From a bacterium (lineage in GTDB: Bacteria; Patescibacteriota; Minisyncoccia; UBA6257; WO2-44-18): a stretch of DNA of 64,000 nt. Shown piece by piece: positions 28,595 through 37,811 of the stretch; the stretch's first letter is position 1, and every line of letters starts with the position of its first letter. Below the pieces are notes generated by a model. It was not told the origin of the DNA and made no database searches. It worked only from the letters and a program-made list of their open reading frames with translations. Location: positions 75,323 to 139,322 of the forward strand of contig JAUSKF010000005.1 in NCBI GenBank assembly GCA_030646995.1, in the 5' to 3' direction. Position numbers and translations under genes: made by a program.

Positions 28595-28622
28595 TGGTGG
28601 GCTTTTTGTTAGAATAATAAAG

Positions 28623-29123
28623 ATGATAGAGCATTACACACGAGCCATCGTTCTCGATAAAGAAGATTACGGGGACTTAGATTCCCGGGTAGTTTTATAT
28701 TCCGCCGATTTGGGTCGCATTACTGCCAGAGTAAAGAGTTCCCGCAAAATCACTTCCAAGCTAGCGGGTCATTTGGAGCCGGGGAAGTTCATCCGGGCTC
28801 GGATTATTGAACTGGGGGGGTTCCAGGTGGTGGATGCCCTCTCGGATGGCTTTCTGCCCATCTCTCCAAAAACGATGGCCGGTCTGCGGATGCTTAAGGA
28901 TATGACCGTAGAGCGTGATCCCGACCCGGAATTATGGGCGTTTATCGAAAGGGGACAATTGGGGGCTGGAGAAATCCTTTCCTTATTGGGATTCGCCCCG
29001 CAATTTGCTTCCTGCCGCACCTGTGAATCCGGTCAGCCGACGCATTTTTTATTGAAAGAGCTTGAGTATTCCTGCCATCCCTGCCTAGTTCAGTCCGGTA
29101 GGCCGCTGCATTTCGCTCTATAA
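28623..29123 (+). CDS. recO: DNA repair protein RecO (compact)
   Basis: N-terminal OB-fold pattern (AIVLDKEDYGDLDSRVVLYSADLGRITARVKSSRK) and a C-terminal C4 zinc finger (CRTC...CHPC). Confidence 0.7.
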   Translation: MIEHYTRAIVLDKEDYGDLDSRVVLYSADLGRITARVKSSRKITSKLAGHLEPGKFIRARIIELGGFQVVDALSDGFLPISPKTMAGLRMLKDMTVERDPDPELWAFIERGQLGAGEILSLLGFAPQFASCRTCESGQPTHFLLKELEYSCHPCLVQSGRPLHFAL

Positions 29124-29152
29124 TTTTTTATCAGAATGCTAACATTATAGTA

Positions 29153-31396
29153 ATGAGTAAAAAAGCCGTTGTAATTTTAAGCATAGCGGTAGTAGTGAGT
29201 TTGATGATTATTGGTTTCTTTATTTATCGCGCGAGTATCGCTCGAGGGATGGAGGTTGAGATAGCGCCTCCGGCCAAGGTGCTTATCGGGGTTCCTTTTG
29301 ATGTGAGGGTGGGAGTTTCGAATAAATCCTCTAATCTTTTTAAAAATGTCCGCCTGTGGTTGAAGTTGCCATCCGGATTGGCGTTTGTTGGCTCTCCAAT
29401 ATCACAAGAATCCGTTTCGCGGGAACTTGGCGCTCTTAGTGGGAATGGTTACAGCCAGCAGACTTTCACTTTAATCGCCCTGAACGGAGAAAACACCTTC
29501 AAAAAAATATCAGCCGATGCTATTTATGATTCCGGTTATTTCGATGCCGAATTCGATAAAAAAATAGACCAAAATCTTACTGTGGGTGGGCACGGAATTG
29601 AGATGGATATTGCCGCTCCGCAAAAAATTCTCAACGGGCAAGCCTTCGAAACTGAGCTATCTTTTAAAAATGTTTCCGGTGTTAATTTAAGCGAATTGAA
29701 AGTCAGAGTTGATTATCCGCCCACCTTTACCTTGTCCGGCGCCACTCTTCCTCCCGATGTCGGCAACAATACTTGGGTTTTGGGCAATATGCTCAAAGGT
29801 TCAGAGGTTAAGTTTAAAATTACCGGCAATGTGATTGGCCCTGATGGAGCGTTTTTTGATTCTTTGGCGACCGTTGAGGCATTACTTGCCGGTGAAATCT
29901 ACCCAATCAACAAGAATGCGGCGACTATTGGTATCGCTCCGGCCCCGATTACGCTGAAGATTAATTTGAATAATGACAATGAATATATCGCCGCCCCCGG
30001 CAGTGATTTACGTTATACCTTGAATTATGTAAACAACACCGACATCGGACTGCGTGATTTGATAGTCCGCGCTAAATTGTCGGGCATAATGTACGACCTT
30101 TCAACTCTTTCCTCCAATGGAACTTTCCGTTCTAGCGATAACTCTGTTACCTGGACCGCTGCTAACTTTCCTTCGCTGGTTTATCTTGCCCCCGGCCAGT
30201 CCGGTTCAGTTAGCTTCAATGTCCGCGCTAAAAGAGACTATCCTATTAAGAAGGCTTCCGATAAGAATTTTCTTTTGAAAGTTTCGGCTACCATTGATTC
30301 CCCGACGGTGCCGTACTTTGTTAACGAGGGTAAGGCGGAAAGTTTCGCCAGCATTGAAAATAAGGTTCAGGGCTTAGTGGACTTGGACGCGCTGGCGTAT
30401 TTCCGGGACGCCGCATCAGGAATTACAAATAAGGGCCCGATGCCTCTTCGTCTTGATCAGCCGACCAATTTTACAATTCACTGGCGAATTACCAATTACG
30501 CTACCGACGTCAAAGATATTGAGGTAAGGGCTTTTTTGGGTGGCAACGTGAGGGCCACCGGCGTGATGAAAAGCAACGCCGCTACCATTCCTTTTTATAA
30601 TGAGCGCACTCAAGAAATGATCTGGCAGTTGCCGAAAATAGATGCCACCACGGGCGTTATCGGCAAGCCGATTGAGGCTATTTTCCAAGTCGAGGCCGTT
30701 CCTTCTACTAACGATTTAAACAGGGACATGTTGCTGATTCAGGATTCTTCGCTCACTGCAACTGATGACTTTACTGGCGTTGCGTTGTCTAGCCAAGATG
30801 ACGAGATAACCACCGGCTCGCTTGATGACCAGACTGTTAGCGGGCAAGGGACGGTGTTGCAGCAGCCACAAGTATTGCAGCTCCAGCAGACGCATCTGGA
30901 TGAAAGGCAGAAGCTTCTTTTGTTGCTGGCGCAGCAAAAAGCGTCTCGTGCGGAGCAGGATGCGCAATTGGCGGAATTACAGGCTCGGCAGTCTAGCGCG
31001 CAGACAGCGCTGGAGCGGCAGTTACAGAAATTACGCGACGCATATAAACCGCCCGTAATTCTGCCGCCGGTGATTGCAGGTGGCGAAGGCGGTGGCGTGG
31101 TGGTTGACGAGGAATGCGCGAACCAAGCCGCCAGCAATCGGGACGCTGAGTTCGCTGCCGTGGATGACAATCACGATGATGATTTGAATGCTGCTTTGGA
31201 AAAGCGTCGGAATTTGCTGATTGCCGCCGCCCTAGTCGGCGACCCTCATCTCCGGCATATTCTCATTGTGGCGGCTCTGGTTGGTTATGAAAAAGATGAG
31301 AAGGAAATTGAAGAGGATTGGAACGAAGGACGCGCAGCGGCGCAACGCAAATATCAGCAGGACATGGCGGCCTGCAACGGTGGAGCCGGTCTTTAA
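29153..31396 (+). CDS. large TM-anchored surface protein, paralog A (beta-rich repeats plus C-terminal coiled-coil)
   Basis: N-terminal TM segment and repeated beta-sandwich-like blocks (NTWVLGNMLKGSEVKFKITGNVIGPDG). The C-terminus has a Q/L-rich coiled-coil and an acidic tail. Confidence 0.55.
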   Translation: MSKKAVVILSIAVVVSLMIIGFFIYRASIARGMEVEIAPPAKVLIGVPFDVRVGVSNKSSNLFKNVRLWLKLPSGLAFVGSPISQESVSRELGALSGNGYSQQTFTLIALNGENTFKKISADAIYDSGYFDAEFDKKIDQNLTVGGHGIEMDIAAPQKILNGQAFETELSFKNVSGVNLSELKVRVDYPPTFTLSGATLPPDVGNNTWVLGNMLKGSEVKFKITGNVIGPDGAFFDSLATVEALLAGEIYPINKNAATIGIAPAPITLKINLNNDNEYIAAPGSDLRYTLNYVNNTDIGLRDLIVRAKLSGIMYDLSTLSSNGTFRSSDNSVTWTAANFPSLVYLAPGQSGSVSFNVRAKRDYPIKKASDKNFLLKVSATIDSPTVPYFVNEGKAESFASIENKVQGLVDLDALAYFRDAASGITNKGPMPLRLDQPTNFTIHWRITNYATDVKDIEVRAFLGGNVRATGVMKSNAATIPFYNERTQEMIWQLPKIDATTGVIGKPIEAIFQVEAVPSTNDLNRDMLLIQDSSLTATDDFTGVALSSQDDEITTGSLDDQTVSGQGTVLQQPQVLQLQQTHLDERQKLLLLLAQQKASRAEQDAQLAELQARQSSAQTALERQLQKLRDAYKPPVILPPVIAGGEGGGVVVDEECANQAASNRDAEFAAVDDNHDDDLNAALEKRRNLLIAAALVGDPHLRHILIVAALVGYEKDEKEIEEDWNEGRAAAQRKYQQDMAACNGGAGL

Positions 31397-31427
31397 AGCT
31401 CCTTAATTTTGACTTATAATTCAAGGA

Positions 31428-33140
31428 ATGAATCGTAGGGCCATTTTCATTGTAGGTGGGGTAATTCTTCTGAGCCTGACGGCAATCGGGTTTTTGACCT
31501 ATCGCGCCAGATTTTCGCGGGGTTTGGAAATTGAAGTTTTTGCCCCGGAAGAGGTATCTATCGGCATTCCTTTTGATCTTCGCGTCGGTATCTCCAATAG
31601 CTCGGCCAATATTTTGGAAAATGTCCGATTGGCATTCACTTTGCCCGAGGGTCTAGCTTTCGTGGGCTCACCGGTCGGAAAGAACCTGGATTTCCGTGAT
31701 TTGAATAATCTTGGTTCCGGCAGCTTGAGTCAGCAGACTTTCAAGTTGGTAGCTTTGAGCGGCGAAAATACTTTCAAGCGGATTACCGTCGGAGCTAATT
31801 ATATTTCCGGCTCCTTGAGTTCCCGTTTTGAAAAAGAAGTTACTAAAGATATTGCCGTGGGAAGCTACGGTTTAACTCTCGATATTGCTGCGCCGCAAAA
31901 AGTTTTCAATGGGGAGTCTTTCGACGCTGAGATTTCTTTCAAAAATAATTCCGATATTGATCTTGATAATTTGAAATTAAAAATAGATTACCCGCTCACC
32001 TTTATCCTCGCCAAGTCTACTTTGCCCCCCGATATCGGCAATAACACTTGGGTTTTGGGCGGATTACGGAAAGGCTCGGATATGAAATTTAAGGTCTCCG
32101 GTAATCTTATCGGCCCCGAAGATGCTTTGTTTGATCTCAGGGCGACCATTGAATCGGTCTTTAGCGGGCAATCATATCCGATTAGTTCCAACGTCGCTGC
32201 TATCGCAATCGCCGCCTCGCCAATTTCATTGAAGATTACTTTAAATGGGAATACTGATTCGCTGGTTAAAATTGGCGAAGACCTGACCTACAAACTTAGC
32301 TATGTGAATAATACCGATGTCGGCTTGCGCGATGTGATTGTTAAGGCGCAGCTGTCGGGTGTGATGTTTGATCTTGGGACCCTTAGCACCAATGGCTCCT
32401 TCCGTTCTTCCGATAGCACCTTGTCTTGGAACGCCTCCAATGTTTCTGAGTTGCAGACGCTCGCTCCAGCGGAATCCGGCTCCGTAGAGTTCCGGATCCG
32501 TTCTAAGAGCGCTTATCCAATTAAGCGTTTAAGTGATAAGAATTTCACCTTGAAGGTCGTGGGCACGATTGAATCGCCCACAGTTCCGCATTTCGTTTCC
32601 GAGGGTAAAGCCGTCAGCTTTGCGAGTATTGAAAATAAAGTACAGGGGCGGGTGGAATTAGCCGCGTCGGCCTTTTTCCGCGACGCCATCTCCGGGATTT
32701 TGAATAAGGGTCCGATGCCGCCGAAAGTTAATCAGCCGACTAATTTCACCATTCATTGGGCGATTACTAATTATTCGACCGATCTTAAAGACGTGGAGGT
32801 AAGGGCATTTCTTGGCGGAAATGTGAAATGCACGGGAATAGCGAAGAGTAGCGTTTCTACTATTCCGATTTGCAACGACCGCACTCAAGAAGTCATCTGG
32901 CAGGTTCCCAAGGTAGTGGCCACCTCCGGGATTACCGGGAAGCCGGTTGAGGCGATTTTCCAAGTTGAGGCCGTTCCTTCATCTGCCGACTTGAATCGCA
33001 CGATGGTGATTATTCAAGATACCAGCCTAAAAGCGGTTGATGAATTTACCGGTATGGAGTTAACTAATAAAGATTCTGCTATCACCACTCAATTGCCCGA
33101 TGATCCGACTGTGAACGGACAGGGAGTGGTGACACAATAA
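31428..33140 (+). CDS. large TM-anchored surface protein, paralog B
   Basis: Collinear with paralog A over about 560 aa at roughly 40-50% identity (e.g. NNTWVLGGLRKGSDMKFKVSGNLIGPED). Lacks the coiled-coil tail. Confidence 0.55.
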   Translation: MNRRAIFIVGGVILLSLTAIGFLTYRARFSRGLEIEVFAPEEVSIGIPFDLRVGISNSSANILENVRLAFTLPEGLAFVGSPVGKNLDFRDLNNLGSGSLSQQTFKLVALSGENTFKRITVGANYISGSLSSRFEKEVTKDIAVGSYGLTLDIAAPQKVFNGESFDAEISFKNNSDIDLDNLKLKIDYPLTFILAKSTLPPDIGNNTWVLGGLRKGSDMKFKVSGNLIGPEDALFDLRATIESVFSGQSYPISSNVAAIAIAASPISLKITLNGNTDSLVKIGEDLTYKLSYVNNTDVGLRDVIVKAQLSGVMFDLGTLSTNGSFRSSDSTLSWNASNVSELQTLAPAESGSVEFRIRSKSAYPIKRLSDKNFTLKVVGTIESPTVPHFVSEGKAVSFASIENKVQGRVELAASAFFRDAISGILNKGPMPPKVNQPTNFTIHWAITNYSTDLKDVEVRAFLGGNVKCTGIAKSSVSTIPICNDRTQEVIWQVPKVVATSGITGKPVEAIFQVEAVPSSADLNRTMVIIQDTSLKAVDEFTGMELTNKDSAITTQLPDDPTVNGQGVVTQ

Positions 33141-33170
33141 ACAAACGACTAACGACTTACGATAAAGAAT

Positions 33171-34685
33171 ATGCCGACACCAAAAGCAAAAACAGGAAAT
33201 GATCTGATGGATAAGCTTCTTAGCTTGTGCAAAAGGAGAGGTTTTATTTTTCCGGGCTCGGAAATTTACGGCGGCTTAGCTAACTCTTGGGACTACGGCC
33301 CGCTTGGCGCTGAATTAAAAAAGAATATTAAAGACGAATGGTGGAATCGCTTTGTCCGCCAGCGTACCGATGTAGTTGGAATTGATGCCGCTTTGATGAT
33401 GAACCCGAAGGTTTGGGAGGCGAGTGGCCACGTGGCCGGTTTTTCCGATCCGTTGGTGGAGTGCAAAAAATGCCATGAGCGTTTCCGCGCTGACGCTCTC
33501 GAAATTTCGAAATCCGATGTCAAAATGTCGAAATCTCCTGTCGAAATGTCGAAATCTGATGTCAAAATGTCGAAATCTCCTGTCGAAATCTCGAAATCTC
33601 GAAATGTCATTCCCTGCCCGTCTTGTGGTGGTGAGCTGATGGAGGCCAAGCAATTTAACCTTATGTTCAAAACGAACATCGGCCCGACCGAAGAAAAGGG
33701 AAGTGCGGTTTATCTCCGCCCGGAAACGGCGCAGGCGATGTTTGTGGATTTTAAAAATGTATTAGACACCACGCGTAAGCGTCTGCCGTTCGGTATCGCC
33801 CAGATGGGCAAGGCTTTCCGAAATGAAATTACTCCCGGCAATTTTATTTTTCGCACCCGTGAATTTGAGCAGATGGAAATTGAATATTTCGTAAAAGAAT
33901 CCGAATGGGAAAAGCATTTTGAGAATTGGTTAGGCGAAATGAAGGCCTGGCTGGAACACTTGGGAGTTTCCGAAAAAAATCTGCACTATGCCGAGATTCC
34001 CGACGGGGAGCGCGCTCATTATTCCAAGCGCACCGTGGATATTGAATATGAATATCCTTTTGGTCGCAAAGAGCTTTACGGTTTGGCTTACCGCGGGAAC
34101 TTTGATCTTACCCAGCATGAGAAATTCAGCGGACAGGATTTGCGCTACACCGACCCGAATCCGCCGGCTGGCGGACCGAAGGAGAAGTTCTTGCCGCACG
34201 TCATTGAGCCGACCTGGGGCGTGGATCGTTCGGTTTTGGTGGCGATGCTAGAGGCGTACCATGAAGAAAAAGTAGAAAGTTCCGCCAAAGGCGGATCCGC
34301 CTCCGGCGGAAAAAGTGAAAAGTTAAAAGTGAAAAGTGAGGGAGAGGAAGGGGAGGACATTCGGGTAGTGATGCGTTTTCCGAAGTGGCTGGCTCCGGTG
34401 AAAGTAGCGATTTTGCCGCTTTCCAAAAAAGAAGAATTGGCGAAAGTTGCCAAACCCCTCTATGAAGAATTAGCCAAAAAGTTTGTCTGCGAATACGACG
34501 AAACCCAGAGCATCGGCAAGCGTTATCGCCGCCAAGACGAGATCGGCACGCCTTATTGCGTGACGGTGGATTTTGATTCGCTCGAGGACAAAGCCGTTAC
34601 TGTCCGCGACCGCGACACGATGGAGCAGGACAGGATCAAAATTTCCGAGCTTGTGGATTACTTAGGAAAAAGTTTAGAGAAATAA
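33171..34685 (+). CDS. glyQS: glycyl-tRNA synthetase (dimeric, class II)
   Basis: RRGFIFPGSEIYGGLANSWDYGPLGAELKKNIKDEWW is the GlyRS N-terminal signature. Has class II motifs and a C-terminal anticodon-binding domain. Contains a 2x14-aa tandem repeat insertion. Confidence 0.88.
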   Translation: MPTPKAKTGNDLMDKLLSLCKRRGFIFPGSEIYGGLANSWDYGPLGAELKKNIKDEWWNRFVRQRTDVVGIDAALMMNPKVWEASGHVAGFSDPLVECKKCHERFRADALEISKSDVKMSKSPVEMSKSDVKMSKSPVEISKSRNVIPCPSCGGELMEAKQFNLMFKTNIGPTEEKGSAVYLRPETAQAMFVDFKNVLDTTRKRLPFGIAQMGKAFRNEITPGNFIFRTREFEQMEIEYFVKESEWEKHFENWLGEMKAWLEHLGVSEKNLHYAEIPDGERAHYSKRTVDIEYEYPFGRKELYGLAYRGNFDLTQHEKFSGQDLRYTDPNPPAGGPKEKFLPHVIEPTWGVDRSVLVAMLEAYHEEKVESSAKGGSASGGKSEKLKVKSEGEEGEDIRVVMRFPKWLAPVKVAILPLSKKEELAKVAKPLYEELAKKFVCEYDETQSIGKRYRRQDEIGTPYCVTVDFDSLEDKAVTVRDRDTMEQDRIKISELVDYLGKSLEK

Positions 34686-34688
34686 AAC

Positions 34689-34712
34689 CGGCCCTTATGG
34701 GGCCGGTGGGGT
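34689..34712 (+). terminator. terminator after glyQS
   Basis: CCGGCCC-ttat-GGGGCCGG hairpin. Confidence 0.5.
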
Positions 34713-35017
34713 CGGATCTTTTCGGCGTGTTTTGTGTTCTGCCCAAATGCTGACCAGAAGTAGCATCGCGCCGGCAGTAATTAAAACCGTTTGCTCTACG
34801 ATTCCTTCGGATGAGATGATGCCTAGCATAAGCAAAAAGCCAGTAGTAAAACCAGAAAGAGCGTTCGGGCAGTACGGATCTTTCCAGAAACCTTTCATTT
34901 TTGACTCCTTTCCCTGGGGTTTTGAAGGAACTTCACGAACGACGCCATTATGGCATATCTAAATCTATTTTGCAATACCCGTGAGAGAATGGGCAAAATC
35001 TGATAGAATTTACCCAT

Positions 35018-36292
35018 ATGTCTAAACCCTTTATCAGAAAAGTTTTAAAGAACGGCTTGCGGGTGGTTTTGATTCCGGAAAAGGAAAATCCGGCGACGAC
35101 GGTGTTGGTTTTAGTAGAGGCTGGCTCAAAATACGAAGCCAAGGCCATCAACGGCATCTCTCATTTTTTGGAGCATCTTTGCTTCAAAGGCACGAAGAAG
35201 CGCCCCAGCGCTTTGATGATTGCCGGAGAGCTGGATAGAATTGGCTCGGAGTACAACGCCTTCACATCGCAGGAGTGGACTGGCTATTACGCTAAGGCCG
35301 CCGCCAAACACACCGACCTTATTTTAGAAACCGTCAGTGACCTTTATCTGAATCCTATTTTTGACGAGAAGGAATTAGAGAAAGAAAAAGGAGTAGTGAT
35401 TGAGGAATTGAATATGTATGAAGATATGCCGCAACGCAAAGTGCAGGATTTGTTTCTGGAGTTAATGTATGGAGATCAACCCGCGGGTTGGGATGTGGGC
35501 GGAAAGAAAGAAATCATTCAGAAGATTACCCGAAAGAACGTGCTGGATTATCGGGGGGAGCATTATGTGGCGAGCGCTACGGCGGTGATCGTGTCCGGAA
35601 GTTTTGACCCGAAAACTATTTTGCCGAAGATCGAAAAGCACTTCGCTAATATTCACGACGGAAAGAAATCCGGCAAACTCAAAACAATTGATAAGCAGGC
35701 TAAGCCGGAAATCTTTATCAAATTCAAAGAATCCGACCAGACCCATTTGGTGCTGGGCGTCCGGGCATACAATTTGTTTGATAAGCGGAAATACGCGTTG
35801 GAAATCCTAGGTGATATTTTGGGCGGGGGAATGAGCTCGCGCTTATTCCAAAAAGTGCGAGAAGAATTGGGCGCCGCTTATTATGTGAAAGCCGGTTCTG
35901 ACGCTTTAACCGACCATGGAATGTTTGCCGTCTCGGCGGGCATTGAACACAGCAAGATTGATATTGTGATCAAGGCGATTTTGGGCGAATTGACCCGAAT
36001 TGCTAAGGGAGATATCACCGAAAAGAATTTGGCGGATGCGAAAGAGCATTTGTCGGGCCGGTTGTTGTTGGGATTAGAAACTTCCGACGCAGTGGCGATG
36101 TTTTACGGCGGTCAGGAGATCTTAGAGAAAGAATCCAAGACTCCGGCGGAAGTCGCAAAAGGAATTGCCAAGGTTACAAAAGCGGAAGTGGTGGCGGTGG
36201 CGAAAGACATTTTCAAAAATGATAAGTTGAATCTGGCGATGATTGGACCCTATAAAGACAAGGAGCAGTTTGCAAAGATTTTGAAGTTTTAA
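35018..36292 (+). CDS. M16 family zinc peptidase (insulinase-like)
   Basis: Inverted zinc motif HFLEHLCFKGT (HxxEH) and two M16 domains. Confidence 0.85.
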   Translation: MSKPFIRKVLKNGLRVVLIPEKENPATTVLVLVEAGSKYEAKAINGISHFLEHLCFKGTKKRPSALMIAGELDRIGSEYNAFTSQEWTGYYAKAAAKHTDLILETVSDLYLNPIFDEKELEKEKGVVIEELNMYEDMPQRKVQDLFLELMYGDQPAGWDVGGKKEIIQKITRKNVLDYRGEHYVASATAVIVSGSFDPKTILPKIEKHFANIHDGKKSGKLKTIDKQAKPEIFIKFKESDQTHLVLGVRAYNLFDKRKYALEILGDILGGGMSSRLFQKVREELGAAYYVKAGSDALTDHGMFAVSAGIEHSKIDIVIKAILGELTRIAKGDITEKNLADAKEHLSGRLLLGLETSDAVAMFYGGQEILEKESKTPAEVAKGIAKVTKAEVVAVAKDIFKNDKLNLAMIGPYKDKEQFAKILKF

Positions 36293-36688
36293 CCTCGCTT
36301 TTAGTACCCTCGGGCAATTACTTCTCGGAAACGGCATAATTTGCTTCCAGCGAGCAAATTTGCCTCTCCCTCGCTCCGCCACTCTGAAGAGACCAAGCTG
36401 GCGGAGCTCCGGCATGTTCCTTAAAGTAATTTGCCCTACGACCAAAAGCGACACTACGATCTTTTCTCCGAAACCCGAGCGAGCTTAATCGGCTAGGAGG
36501 TTTTTGTATAATATATCTTTAACAAAAACCCGATTAGCGCGAGTGCCAAGTGGAGTTCGCCGCAGGAGCGAACGAAGCGGGTTGAGGGAAGAGATTGGGG
36601 TGGAGTCCTTTGCCAAAACTTGGAAAGTTTAGTATTATATTGCATAATATAAATGTGCTTCGTTACGTTATAAATTACGTAGCGCAGA

Positions 36689-37717
36689 TTGTTAAAAATG
36701 GATCAGAAAGCAGTCTCAATCAGTTGGGGTAGCTTGTGGAAGGTCGTTATGATGCTTTTGCTTGTTGTCACCCTGTATGTCGCTCGCGATATTTTAATCG
36801 CGTTGTTTTTGGCTATCATAATTTCTTCCGCCTTAGACCCGATAGTTACTTGGATGGAAAAACGCCGCATTCCTCGCTTGTTGGGCACCCTCGCTATTTA
36901 TATCGTATTAATTTTTATGATCGCTCTTTTGGCGTATGCCGTTGTTCCGATAGCCCTTTCCGAGTTGAATGTGCTTTTGGGTAGCTTAAGCCAGTATTCC
37001 GGCACGCTATTTGATTTCATTGATACCTCCGGATTTATTGACTCTGTTAACCAGGCGCTTGGTAAAATTACCAATTTGTTGCTGAGTGGCAGTACTTCGG
37101 TGTTGGAAATCGGCACCAAGTTCTTGGGTGGCCTGACCGCTACTGTTTCAGTCTTCGTGCTCTCTTTCTATCTTACTGTCGGCAAGGACGGCGCAGAGAA
37201 GTTTTTGCTGACCATCCTGCCTTCGGTGTATGAAAGTAAAACCGTGCTTTTGTATCGCCGGATTAAGAAAAAAATCGGCAATTGGCTGGCTGGGCAGGTG
37301 GTTTTGAGCTTGGCTGTAGGTTTACTGGTATTTCTAGGACTCTGGATTCTAGGGGTCAAATATAGCCTCATTTTGGGCATTTTAGCCGGTATCTTCGAGC
37401 TTATTCCTTATGTCGGCCCTATCTTTAGCGGAAGCTTGGCAGTCCTGGTGGCTCTCACAGATTCCGCTCCGCTTGGATTTTATGTGTTGATTCTATTTAT
37501 TATTATTCAGCAGTTAGAAAACAACGTGCTTGTCCCTGCTGTCACCAACTTAACTACGGCGCTTCAGCCGGTAGTGATTTTGATTGCTCTATTGATTGGG
37601 GCGAAAGTTTTTGGTTTCCTTGGCCTTGTCTTGGCTGTCCCGTCGGCGGTGTTGCTGCAGGAGTTCTTGGATGACTGGTCGGAATCAAAGGCTAGGCGAA
37701 GAGGGTTGGGCCTTTAG
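36689..37717 (+). CDS. AI-2E family transporter (PerM/UPF0118)
   Basis: Eight TM helices and the conserved ELIPYVGP region. Confidence 0.78.
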   Translation: MLKMDQKAVSISWGSLWKVVMMLLLVVTLYVARDILIALFLAIIISSALDPIVTWMEKRRIPRLLGTLAIYIVLIFMIALLAYAVVPIALSELNVLLGSLSQYSGTLFDFIDTSGFIDSVNQALGKITNLLLSGSTSVLEIGTKFLGGLTATVSVFVLSFYLTVGKDGAEKFLLTILPSVYESKTVLLYRRIKKKIGNWLAGQVVLSLAVGLLVFLGLWILGVKYSLILGILAGIFELIPYVGPIFSGSLAVLVALTDSAPLGFYVLILFIIIQQLENNVLVPAVTNLTTALQPVVILIALLIGAKVFGFLGLVLAVPSAVLLQEFLDDWSESKARRRGLGL

Positions 37718-37721
37718 GCGA

Positions 37722-37811
37722 GTAGTCGCTAATAATGCGAATTTTGGCCAATAATGCTAATATTTATTCGCATTATTAATTCTTCCATTTGCATTATTCG
37801 CGATTACTTCA
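37722..37811. repeat. MITE-like AATAATGCGAAT element (copy 1)
   Basis: AGTAGTCGCTAATAATGCGAAT ... ATTCGCATTATT ... GCATTATTCGCGATTACT: terminal inverted repeats of the same family as 46839-46950 and 63668-63720. Confidence 0.55.

Noticed and set aside
33497-33608. Possible CRISPR array (regular TCGAAAT-containing repeats)
   Set aside because: The repeats are 7-8-nt and 42-nt units lying entirely inside the glyQS reading frame, where they translate to a 14-aa duplicated peptide. There are no 28-37-nt repeats separated by unique spacers and no cas genes.
36122-36454. 110-aa minus-strand ORF overlapping the end of the M16 peptidase gene
   Set aside because: It overlaps the well-supported peptidase gene antisense and extends into a hairpin-rich intergenic region. 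No RBS is present and the composition is odd.
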